Sequence record: NC_004629.1
Reading direction: 5' to 3' (one strand)
DNA: 32,000 nt
From: Pseudomonas phage phiKZ
Part shown: piece by piece, positions 18,464 to 25,830 of the stretch
Numbering within the stretch: the stretch's first letter is position 1
Layout of the letters: the number at the start of each line of letters is the position of its first letter
Made by a program: the position numbers and the translations under genes
The notes under the pieces: model-generated
What the model was told of the DNA's origin: nothing
The model's database searches: none
Seen by the model: only the letters and a program-made list of their open reading frames with translations

Positions 18464-18611
18464 GTAATCTTCTACATATAGTGTATATGAAAGTATTATT
18501 TTAATTTATTATAATAAATAAAGTTATATTCAAACCTATTTAAAAGGTATATTACAAATGTGATATTACTAAAAGTAATATTTTCTATTAATTGTAAATA
18601 GGATACTAAAT

Positions 18612-18749
18612 ATGAATATTGATCCAAAAACTCTTGGCATTATTATTAGCACCACTATTGGCACCGTGGGTGCTCTTATTCTTACGTATGGTATTGCGAG
18701 AGCAGTACGTTGGAATAATAAACCTGATGTAAAAGATGTAGCAGAGTAA
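18612..18749 (+). CDS. small membrane protein (45 aa) on strand opposite to its neighbours
   Basis: MNIDPKTLGIIISTTIGTVGALILTYGIARAVRWNNKPDVKDVAE*, followed by terminator. Confidence 0.55.
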   Translation: MNIDPKTLGIIISTTIGTVGALILTYGIARAVRWNNKPDVKDVAE

Positions 18750-18759
18750 GATAACATAA

Positions 18760-18782
18760 AGCTAGCCCATTAGGGGCTAGCT
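18760..18782. terminator. terminator hairpin
   Basis: AGCTAGCCC-attag-GGGCTAGCT. Confidence 0.75.
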
Positions 18783-18805
18783 CTTATATTTATTTTTTAT
18801 TTGTT

Positions 18806-19435
18806 TTAACTTAGAGTACTATAATAAATAAATTTAGTTAATTCATCTTGTTGCTCTTTGATTATATTATTTTTCGTTTGTTTAACATTAATGTAATATT
18901 CAATAAATAACCAACGTCTATCATGTTTGGCTAAGTCTTTGAATTCAATTTTCTCAAATCGCCATGACTGTACAGTAGTCCTAATGAGATTACCGGATTT
19001 ATTGATAATATACCCTTGCATGGTGTTAATTTGATCATCGATAGTAGGCGTTGGTAAAAATATCAAATAAACACCATCTGTATTTTTAGTGTGCATACTT
19101 TTTAATTTATACATCATTGGGTTAAAGTATTCATCACTTTTATGATAATCGCTTAATTCTAACACAGCATCAATCATCATTTTAGCGCTTTCAGTAACAC
19201 CAACATTTAGTAAATAATCATTAAGCTCTTTTAATGAATTATCTGTAAGTGATGCATCTATGTGTTCTTCACTTATAGGTTCATTATAAACTAGTTTATT
19301 AATAGTTGAATTAACAATATTTAGCCTATCGATATCATAAACTGCTAGTGTTTGTTTACCAACATTTATTTTTAAGTCTTTACCTGATTCATTGATAAAA
19401 TCATTTAAATCTACTTCAGTAAAATGAAAAGCCAT
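18806..19435 (-). CDS. hypothetical protein (209 aa)
   Basis: long ORF. Confidence 0.8.
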   Translation of the reverse strand: MAFHFTEVDLNDFINESGKDLKINVGKQTLAVYDIDRLNIVNSTINKLVYNEPISEEHIDASLTDNSLKELNDYLLNVGVTESAKMMIDAVLELSDYHKSDEYFNPMMYKLKSMHTKNTDGVYLIFLPTPTIDDQINTMQGYIINKSGNLIRTTVQSWRFEKIEFKDLAKHDRRWLFIEYYINVKQTKNNIIKEQQDELTKFIYYSTLS

Positions 19436-19594
19436 TTTTATACACCTTTATGTTTTCCGTAGTGTTAAATTTTATTAACACCCGGTTTCAAGTTGAGTTA
19501 TGTGTAGAACTAATCTACAAATAATATTAACTCTATGTATAATTTTACTTATAAATAGACCACTCTATATAGAGGGGTATTAAGTCATATAAAG

Positions 19595-19690
19595 TTATTT
19601 TAGTGTGGGTCTAAATACAAACATTACGTCTACTTCATCAGTTGGGTCGACATCATATTCTGTCCCAGTATTATCAATCGCAACCAACAT
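19595..19690 (-). CDS. micro-ORF (31 aa)
   Basis: MLVAIDNTGTEYDVDPTDEVDVMFVFRPTLK* with GAGG upstream. Confidence 0.3.
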   Translation of the reverse strand: MLVAIDNTGTEYDVDPTDEVDVMFVFRPTLK

Positions 19691-19906
19691 TCTCACATTC
19701 CTCGGTAAAGGGCTTTATGTGATTTAGATAGGCGAGTGATAAAATACCTAAATGCACTGAGATATTCTCTGATAAATCCTTTACTTTTATTAAAATTATC
19801 ACCTACATGGACCATTCAATCACTTTTATGTAGCTTGATTTCAATCAATTAAAGGGTATAACGAATGTAATGTATTTATACACGAATATAGTTATCATAA
19901 GCTCAA

Positions 19907-20197
19907 CTACTTGGGGTAAAAGAGTGGACGGAGATCAGTCTCATGGTATTCATCTTTGATATGGGAAAAGTACTTATTGAAATTATCCACACTATACGAA
20001 GTTCTAAGCCCATTTGGCCAAATCACTAACATGTCACCAACTTCGAATGCCGTGATCATAGCCTCAAAGTCTTTTATGTTTACATGATCATTACCAAGTT
20101 TCACGAATCGACATGCACGGAAACCACATTCCCAGTCAGACGACATCCATTGACCAGCTTCAGTAATCAGCTTTGCACGAACTAATGTCTTAGCCAT
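19907..20197 (-). CDS. hypothetical protein (96 aa)
   Basis: ORF overlapping the end of 20190-20375. Confidence 0.75.
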   Translation of the reverse strand: MAKTLVRAKLITEAGQWMSSDWECGFRACRFVKLGNDHVNIKDFEAMITAFEVGDMLVIWPNGLRTSYSVDNFNKYFSHIKDEYHETDLRPLFYPK

Positions 20198-20375
20198 ACT
20201 TGGTACCCCAGTTTATCGTTTTGTCGAGAAGAGCTTGACTAGGTCGTTTATTACGAATCTGATTCTTAATAGACTCATTTAGCTCTTCCATCGTTTTCCG
20301 AACTTTAACTAATCGTTCCTTTTGTTCATTTGTAGGAACACTACTAACTATATCTTGCAATGCTTTAAGTGACAT
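20190..20375 (-). CDS. hypothetical protein (61 aa)
   Basis: ORF, translationally overlapping next gene. Confidence 0.7.
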   Translation of the reverse strand: MSLKALQDIVSSVPTNEQKERLVKVRKTMEELNESIKNQIRNKRPSQALLDKTINWGTKYG

Positions 20376-20438
20376 GTCTTTACCCTATTTGTATTTAGCT
20401 ATAAGATTCAACTACTGGGTACTTTTACAAGACGACAT

Positions 20439-20460
20439 AAAGGCAGCATTAGCTGCCTTT
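20439..20460 (-). terminator. terminator hairpin downstream of the split tRNA
   Basis: AAAGGCAGC-atta-GCTGCCTTT. Confidence 0.7.
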
Positions 20461-20506
20461 ATAGTTTACATAGTAGTGAAATATAACTAAATCTAAAACT
20501 ATGAAT

Positions 20507-20547
20507 TGGCTCCGTGACCTGGGTTAGAACCAGGGACCCAGTGATTA
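20507..20547 (-). pseudogene. 3' half of an interrupted tRNA-Asn
   Basis: TAATCACTGGGTCCCTGGTTCTAACCCAGGTCACGGAGCCA, near-identical to the 3' half of the intact tRNA-Asn at 23407-23482. Confidence 0.85.
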
Positions 20548-20581
20548 TGTTTTTGTATATTAATCTACATCGAGTATATTT

Positions 20582-21064
20582 TTATTGTGTGGGGGCCAAG
20601 GTGCTAATACCCCCATTAGTGCTGACCCTAATAAACCTAGCTGGAATATTGATTTTGTATGACCGACACCATTTACGAATTGCATTATCCGATACCCCAT
20701 ACTTTTCTCCTATTTTCACAAGAGATAACAATGTAACGTCAAGGACGAATTGTTCTTTAGATGGTCGATCAACCTTACGTCGACCTTTGGCAGAACACTC
20801 AGGGTTACAGAATTTAATCAATTTATGATTCATTACCCTACCACAAGCACCACAAAGTTTTGTAGGATAGTTCTTTGGATCAATGCCCAGTCGTTTCATC
20901 CATGCATGTAGTTTTAGATGCTGTGATTGAGGGAGGATCAAAAGATTATCGGGATGGTTATTGAGTTTGTTCTCATCCAAATGATGAACCTCTTCGTCAT
21001 CGTAAAGAGGTCTTCCGATTGTATCTTCACCGACTACACGGTGTTCGTATACCCATCCAAACAT
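20582..21064 (-). CDS. HNH homing endonuclease; frame likely continues upstream to ~21127
   Basis: YEHRVV..RPLYDDEEVHHLDENKLNNHPDNLLILPQSQHLKLH HNH motif; CGACG..FCNPEC zinc-finger-like; C-terminal HTH-like segment. Confidence 0.9.
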   Translation of the reverse strand: MFGWVYEHRVVGEDTIGRPLYDDEEVHHLDENKLNNHPDNLLILPQSQHLKLHAWMKRLGIDPKNYPTKLCGACGRVMNHKLIKFCNPECSAKGRRKVDRPSKEQFVLDVTLLSLVKIGEKYGVSDNAIRKWCRSYKINIPARFIRVSTNGGISTLAPTQ

Positions 21065-21193
21065 TTTGGGGTTAGCTTTTGCCTGCCGATGTTCAGGTAA
21101 ATACAGAGCCCGATAACCATTAATTATTTTTTTCTTTCATATCGAACCTAGGGTTTAAAAAATAGATAGCTAGTTCGATCTATAGAACAAGAT

Positions 21194-21217
21194 AAAAGTA
21201 GCCAGCTGGCTACTTTT
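21194..21217. terminator. perfect palindromic hairpin between the HNH gene and the inner tRNA
   Basis: AAAAGTAGCC-AGCT-GGCTACTTTT. Confidence 0.75.
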
Positions 21218-21223
21218 AGAAAT

Positions 21224-21310
21224 TGGCTGGTAAGGTAGGATTCGAACCTACGGTGGGCTTTCGCCAACGGATTAACAGTCCGCTCCCTGCTGCCACTCGG
21301 GTACTTACCA
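21224..21310 (-). tRNA. long-variable-arm (type II) tRNA with anticodon GTT (Asn)
   Basis: TGGTAAG TA CCCGAGTGGCAGCAGGG A GCGGA CTGTTAA TCCGT TGGCGAAAGCCCACC GTAGG TTCGAAT CCTAC CTTACCA G CCA. Confidence 0.85.
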
Positions 21311-21319
21311 ATGAAATCG

Positions 21320-21356
21320 TAACAGTCATTTGCTCTACCGACTGAGCTATCACGGA
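21320..21356 (-). pseudogene. 5' half of an interrupted tRNA-Asn
   Basis: TCCGTGATAGCTCAGTCGGTAGAGCAAATGACTGTTA, one mismatch to intact tRNA-Asn positions 1-37. Confidence 0.85.
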
Positions 21357-21517
21357 AGAATTATGGCGATTTTATATTAGAGATGAGTTACTGACAACCT
21401 AATATAGATATGTAATAACTACATATTATTACAATCTGAGTATTATTTATTTCTTGTTATGACATTATGTAAATAACGTGTAGTTAATCTTATTAGAAAC
21501 TATCAAAGTTACTAATT

Positions 21518-22030
21518 CTAACTAAAACGAACCACCATTACCTCTGTACCAAAAGTATCTGCAACCCACTGGTTAAATTCTTTATCAGTGATACCGCGTA
21601 GGTTCAGATTAAATGAGGCATTGTCAACAAGAATATATTTTACAGACGATATTAATTCTTCTTTAATATCTTTTTGAATAGATGATTCTTCAGGTTGATG
21701 AATATATTTACGGAGTTGGTGTGTAATTAAACAAGAAACAATATTATCTTTAGCATTCTGGAACTTAGCCAGTACAGCCTGTTTAATTTTATCTTCTACA
21801 AATACAGCTAGACATTCGCCAGGATGACGATTAGCAAACTCAATCAATGCAGTTGTACTACCACATTGCCGACCTACAAATAATCCAACAGTCCTGTATT
21901 CACGAATAACAATATGACCAATAGAATTAGATCGATAATTAACCCAGTTCTCATTCGTTTTTTGAATTAAAGCATCTAGGATATCTTGGTACTTTACAAT
22001 AGTTCTTACAAACGGATTAGAGTTAGTCAT
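21518..22030 (-). CDS. hypothetical protein with P-loop-like motif
   Basis: LFVGRQCGSTTALIEFA...VKYILVDNASFN. Confidence 0.7.
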   Translation of the reverse strand: MTNSNPFVRTIVKYQDILDALIQKTNENWVNYRSNSIGHIVIREYRTVGLFVGRQCGSTTALIEFANRHPGECLAVFVEDKIKQAVLAKFQNAKDNIVSCLITHQLRKYIHQPEESSIQKDIKEELISSVKYILVDNASFNLNLRGITDKEFNQWVADTFGTEVMVVRFS

Positions 22031-22157
22031 AATAGACTCCTTTATTACAATGTAGCATAGATTCAGTTTTTTAACTGGAATTAAATGCCGATTTTGAAAA
22101 GGTGATAAAACCTTTTCTCATCTATAAATGAATTTATAATAGTAACAATGAATATAA

Positions 22158-22178
22158 CCAGGGGTGGCAAACCCCTGG
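22158..22178 (-). terminator. terminator hairpin downstream of the kelch-like gene
   Basis: CCAGGGGT-ggcaa-ACCCCTGG. Confidence 0.6.
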
Positions 22179-22314
22179 CATTTAGACACACTCTATAATA
22201 AGTTCTACCACCGAGTGTGTTTAGTGGATAGATTTAAGAATACTTTATTATAGTACTCTTACATAATATCATCGTGCCAGTATAATTATCTAAATAGTTA
22301 TAAATATTATTATT

Positions 22315-23322
22315 TTAATCAATGATTAATGGCGCTAGTTTTACCTGATAGATACCTGATAACAATTGGCTTTTCAACATATATGCTCCACCACCAACTG
22401 GCATTTTAGATCCACCTACAATGATCATGCTATTATCCGGACCTTTAGCTATAGATGAAATATTAAGGAATCCGATACCTAGTTCAAATGGTTCAGCCCA
22501 TTTCCGGCGCCTAATATTAAAACGTTGTGCAAACATTTTAGTTACACCGCCGACATCAACAGCGTTAAGGTAATTAAAATAGTCCCCATCTACATAACCA
22601 TTACCTTGCCAGATTGTTCCTTTATCAGCAGGTATAATCATCCAAGGTGTTTGCTCCCATATTAAGGTAGTTGCATTATATCGATAAACTTCAAGATTAG
22701 GTATGTTCTTTGTATTATCCCAACCACCAAAATGGTAAAAGTAACCATTATAAAAGAATAACTGTTGACCTGAACGAGCACCACCTGAATAATCTTGCCC
22801 ACTAAGCCATGTCTTACCCGATGGTTTTAACCGCATTGCATTTACCCCAACTGGGTTAACACACATAATAAGATCATTACCATCTGATGCGGAGGCTGTG
22901 CCCCAAAGTGGTACGGGACCACTATATCGCTCAACCCTATTGCCTGTAGCTATATCAAAATGTTGTATAAAGTTAGATGTTCCCGTACCACCATTACCAG
23001 CCGAGTTCCATCCAGTAATACCGCCATAAACAATAAAGTTATTCTTATGTAATGTCCCAAATCCTAAAGATACCCCTGGTAAGAATGTTCCAGAAGCAGT
23101 TGCACCTATATCGGCAAATGGCGATATGGTAAAACGTCTGAACACAGTTGCAGCTGTTTGTCCTTCAGTATGATGACCAGATCCAACATACAGTGTATTT
23201 CCATCCACATATGACATTGTACCAGCTAACGCTACAGGTAGATCACCTAATTTAATAATTTCATTAAATCCAACCAAGGGTAACTCTTCGCCTATATCTG
23301 GCGATAATAGTAATTCAAACAT
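22315..23322 (-). CDS. kelch-like beta-propeller protein (335 aa)
   Basis: Repeated blade-like segments: NTLYVGSGHH, NFIVYGGITGW, GYFYHFGGWDN..LEVYRYNATTLIWEQ, SMIIVGGSKMP. Confidence 0.65.
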   Translation of the reverse strand: MFELLLSPDIGEELPLVGFNEIIKLGDLPVALAGTMSYVDGNTLYVGSGHHTEGQTAATVFRRFTISPFADIGATASGTFLPGVSLGFGTLHKNNFIVYGGITGWNSAGNGGTGTSNFIQHFDIATGNRVERYSGPVPLWGTASASDGNDLIMCVNPVGVNAMRLKPSGKTWLSGQDYSGGARSGQQLFFYNGYFYHFGGWDNTKNIPNLEVYRYNATTLIWEQTPWMIIPADKGTIWQGNGYVDGDYFNYLNAVDVGGVTKMFAQRFNIRRRKWAEPFELGIGFLNISSIAKGPDNSMIIVGGSKMPVGGGAYMLKSQLLSGIYQVKLAPLIID

Positions 23323-23376
23323 GAGTGTGCTCTCAAGTAAATCATTTTAATTCATAAGATAACCCATGGCAACATA

Positions 23377-23400
23377 AAAGAGTAGCCGAAGCTACTCTTT
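23377..23400 (-). terminator. terminator hairpin after tRNA-Asn
   Basis: AAAGAGTAGC-CGAA-GCTACTCTTT. Confidence 0.75.
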
Positions 23401-23406
23401 AGAATA

Positions 23407-23482
<76 letters not shown>

Positions 23483-23488
23483 ATTAAA

Positions 23489-23565
23489 TGGCGCGCCCAA
23501 GGGGACTCGAACCCCTGACCACCCGCGTGACAGGCGGGTATTCTAACCAACTGAACTATGAGCGC
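23489..23565 (-). tRNA. tRNA-Asp(GTC)
   Basis: GCGCTCATAGTTCAGTTGGTTAGAATACCCGCCTGTCACGCGGGTGGTCAGGGGTTCGAGTCCCCTTGGGCGCGCCA. Confidence 0.96.
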
Positions 23566-23617
23566 AAACGTATGGACATGACTTCCTACATAGTATTACA
23601 TAACCAGTAATATTTTA

Positions 23618-23965
23618 TTACGGGCGATCAGTCCAGTGCTTGAAATAGTTACCATCCTTGGGACGATCGTACTTAGCAAGAATATTTTTAAGTTCTTCGC
23701 CGGACAACTTAATACTATCGCCTACTGGGCTATCCAGTTCAGGGCAAGGTTCAGTTTTACGTGTAATGATTAAATTATCAGTCCCATCTTTGAAGATAAA
23801 GATAAACTGCGTTTCATTAGCACTAATCTTTTTCTTAACGCAATGCTTTACTTCTGGATGTTTCTTGTGGATCGCTACAAAAGATTCAACAAGAGTTAGC
23901 TTTATAAACTCAGGGCTAATAAATGTGAAATATACAGCGCTCTGCGTTGGGGTTAGATGATCCAT
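23618..23965 (-). CDS. hypothetical protein (115 aa)
   Basis: ORF co-directional with neighbours. Confidence 0.75.
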   Translation of the reverse strand: MDHLTPTQSAVYFTFISPEFIKLTLVESFVAIHKKHPEVKHCVKKKISANETQFIFIFKDGTDNLIITRKTEPCPELDSPVGDSIKLSGEELKNILAKYDRPKDGNYFKHWTDRP

Positions 23966-23967
23966 AT

Positions 23968-24273
23968 TTACTCCGTATGTTTGAGATAGGCTTTAACTGC
24001 TTTAAGACCTTTATTAAAGAACATAGCTTCAACATAAGTAATGTTACTTACATCCTCGCCGATAAGTTCCCATTTGATGCAACGTGTAACAGCGTTGATT
24101 GTAATATCTAATCCGTTTGGGAATAGGGTTACTTCATCGGTCAGGTGAATCCAATCGGGAGCCTTCGCTCCATTACGTAAACGGGGACTAAAAGTAAGAT
24201 TATAAAGTGTTTGTAATGGTTGTCTCAATAGTTCTTTTTGTTCTTGATGTTCCATGTATTTTCCTAGAGACAT
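23968..24273 (-). CDS. hypothetical protein (up to 101 aa)
   Basis: ORF; start may be the second Met (MEHQEQKELL). Confidence 0.7.
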   Translation of the reverse strand: MSLGKYMEHQEQKELLRQPLQTLYNLTFSPRLRNGAKAPDWIHLTDEVTLFPNGLDITINAVTRCIKWELIGEDVSNITYVEAMFFNKGLKAVKAYLKHTE

Positions 24274-24521
24274 TTAAAAATATAAATAGAATGGTTATCT
24301 CTTTCGGTTATCTTTAGAGTATTCTCATTTCGAATAACTTCAAGAGACTTGTATTTATGTTCCAGAATATCCAGATGAGAAATACACTGTTCCCTATTTT
24401 CAAATAGGATATTACTTTCATTAGTCGAAATGAAACCAAATAATCCAACTTTGATAGATAATACCAACATTATTACTGTATTCATGTTTTCCTCAATGAG
24501 ACAGTATAAAACCTCCCCCAA
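24264..24521 (-). CDS. hypothetical protein (85 aa)
   Basis: ORF overlapping next gene. Confidence 0.6.
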   Translation of the reverse strand: MGEVLYCLIEENMNTVIMLVLSIKVGLFGFISTNESNILFENREQCISHLDILEHKYKSLEVIRNENTLKITERDNHSIYIFKCL

Positions 24522-24529
24522 GTGGGAGG
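24512..24529 (-). terminator. terminator-like hairpin
   Basis: CCTCCCCCAAGTGGGAGG. Confidence 0.6.
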
Positions 24530-24537
24530 CTAGTATA

Positions 24538-24614
24538 TGGTGGGCCCAGCAGGACTTGAACCTGCGACCAAGCGATTATGAGTCGCCTGCTCTAACCAAC
24601 TGAGCTATAGGCCC
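24538..24614 (-). tRNA. tRNA with CAT anticodon, best read as tRNA-Ile2 (lysidine type)
   Basis: GGGCCTATAGCTCAGTTGGTTAGAGCAGGCGACTCATAATCGCTTGGTCGCAGGTTCAAGTCCTGCTGGGCCCACCA; anticodon/variable region matches the recalled bacterial ileX/ileY type. Confidence 0.9.
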
Positions 24615-24621
24615 TTTTTAT

Positions 24622-24915
24622 TTATTCTGGTAAGAATGTTCCATCTTTTTGACGGACTAATACACCTGACCATTTGAATGTATTTGTATCACTAGCAGGG
24701 CACTCTCTAATTACATTGGTTCTAAATGTGCCATGTGGATAGGTTACAGTGAATGTAATATGGTTATTACAAACATGTAATACAGAAGACTTTGCTTCTG
24801 TTAGATAGTGTAAGCCTTGAGCTAATTGAATATTAGTTAATTCAGGGTCACTAAGAATAGCGTAAAGAGCTGTTCCTATAATTTGATGTTCCCATGATAT
24901 CCATTTATTATCCAT
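24622..24915 (-). CDS. hypothetical protein (97 aa)
   Basis: ORF between tRNAs. Confidence 0.7.
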   Translation of the reverse strand: MDNKWISWEHQIIGTALYAILSDPELTNIQLAQGLHYLTEAKSSVLHVCNNHITFTVTYPHGTFRTNVIRECPASDTNTFKWSGVLVRQKDGTFLPE

Positions 24916-24936
24916 CCTATTTACCTATTATTAAAA

Positions 24937-25012
24937 TGGTCGGAGTGGGGAGACTCGAACTCCCGACATCCTGCTCCCAAAGCAGGCGCGCTACCAACTG
25001 CGCTACACTCCG
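24937..25012 (-). tRNA. tRNA-Pro(TGG)
   Basis: CGGAGTGTAGCGCAGTTGGTAGCGCGCCTGCTTTGGGAGCAGGATGTCGGGAGTTCGAGTCTCCCCACTCCGACCA. Confidence 0.96.
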
Positions 25013-25021
25013 TATTTAAAT

Positions 25022-25106
25022 TGGTGCCCGAAGTCGGATTCGAACCGACAAGACCGTAGCCGGAAGATTTTAAGTCTTCTGTGTTTACCAATTTCACCAT
25101 TCGGGC
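25022..25106 (-). tRNA. tRNA-Leu(TAA)
   Basis: GCCCGAATGGTGAAATTGGTAAACACAGAAGACTTAAAATCTTCCGGCTACGGTCTTGTCGGTTCGAATCCGACTTCGGGCACCA. Confidence 0.96.
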
Positions 25107-25164
25107 ATTGTGCTTCAATACATAACATGTAATGCTAGGTATTTTATTACAACTTATTTTAAAT

Positions 25165-25617
25165 TCAACGTGGCCATTGTAAAGAAGTTATCTTATTACC
25201 ATTAATGTAGACATCGGTCACTTCGCACCAATCATTAATTCTGTGTTCAATAATTGGAACATCATTTCGGCCAGCCACTCCAATCATATTCCATTTAACA
25301 TAAATATTCATTAGATCAATTGTTAATTTCTCTTTTATGAGTTTAGGAGAAATTAATTTAATATTATTAATGTTAAAGAAGTAATTATTAACTTCTTCTA
25401 AATATTCATTAGTATTAGTAGTACTAACTTTGCCTTCATGTTCAAGTGAGGATGGTTTATTCTGATTTACAATATTGCTCACTAGACTTCTTAAAACGGC
25501 ACTTGCCCTACCAGCTTCGCGTCTTTTATACTTATCATAGTCTTTTACATTAGCTGCAATTTTATCAAATTCTTTTTGGGCATAGATTAGCCCTGGTAAA
25601 AGTTCATTTTTGATCAT
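25165..25617 (-). CDS. hypothetical protein (150 aa)
   Basis: ORF. Confidence 0.75.
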   Translation of the reverse strand: MIKNELLPGLIYAQKEFDKIAANVKDYDKYKRREAGRASAVLRSLVSNIVNQNKPSSLEHEGKVSTTNTNEYLEEVNNYFFNINNIKLISPKLIKEKLTIDLMNIYVKWNMIGVAGRNDVPIIEHRINDWCEVTDVYINGNKITSLQWPR

Positions 25618-25680
25618 TTTATAATTACTCTATGTTGTTTATACATATTTTAATATACATACGTAAAAACAAAATATAAA

Positions 25681-25698
25681 GCCTCCCCGAAGGGAGGC
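25681..25698 (-). terminator. intrinsic terminator
   Basis: GCCTCCC-cgaa-GGGAGGC-type stem; T-rich on the minus-strand 3' side. Confidence 0.8.
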
Positions 25699-25830
25699 GA
25701 TATATCGTCATTAATGCCCAGCAAAGAGTTTTACTCTCTGGGAGCCAGTTGGAAGGGGGACTGGCTCCGATCTATTATGACTAATGTAGAAACAAGGGGG
25801 AAGGATTATTTCTACATAATATTAGATACA

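Noticed and set aside
20514-20828. Plus-strand ORF (104 aa)
   Set aside because: Antisense to the HNH gene and to the tRNA 3' half.
20547-21320. Group I or group II intron explanation for the interrupted tRNA-Asn
   Set aside because: The putative 3' intron end reads ...AAAACAT or ...CATA rather than a terminal G. The 5' boundary (ACGATTTCAT) has no GTGYG. I found no P7-type core motifs between the HNH stop and the 3' half. Only ~10 nt separate the 5' half from the inner tRNA. Not excluded without covariance models.
24921-25118. Minus-strand 65-aa ORF
   Set aside because: It is a read-through of the tRNA-Pro and tRNA-Leu genes.
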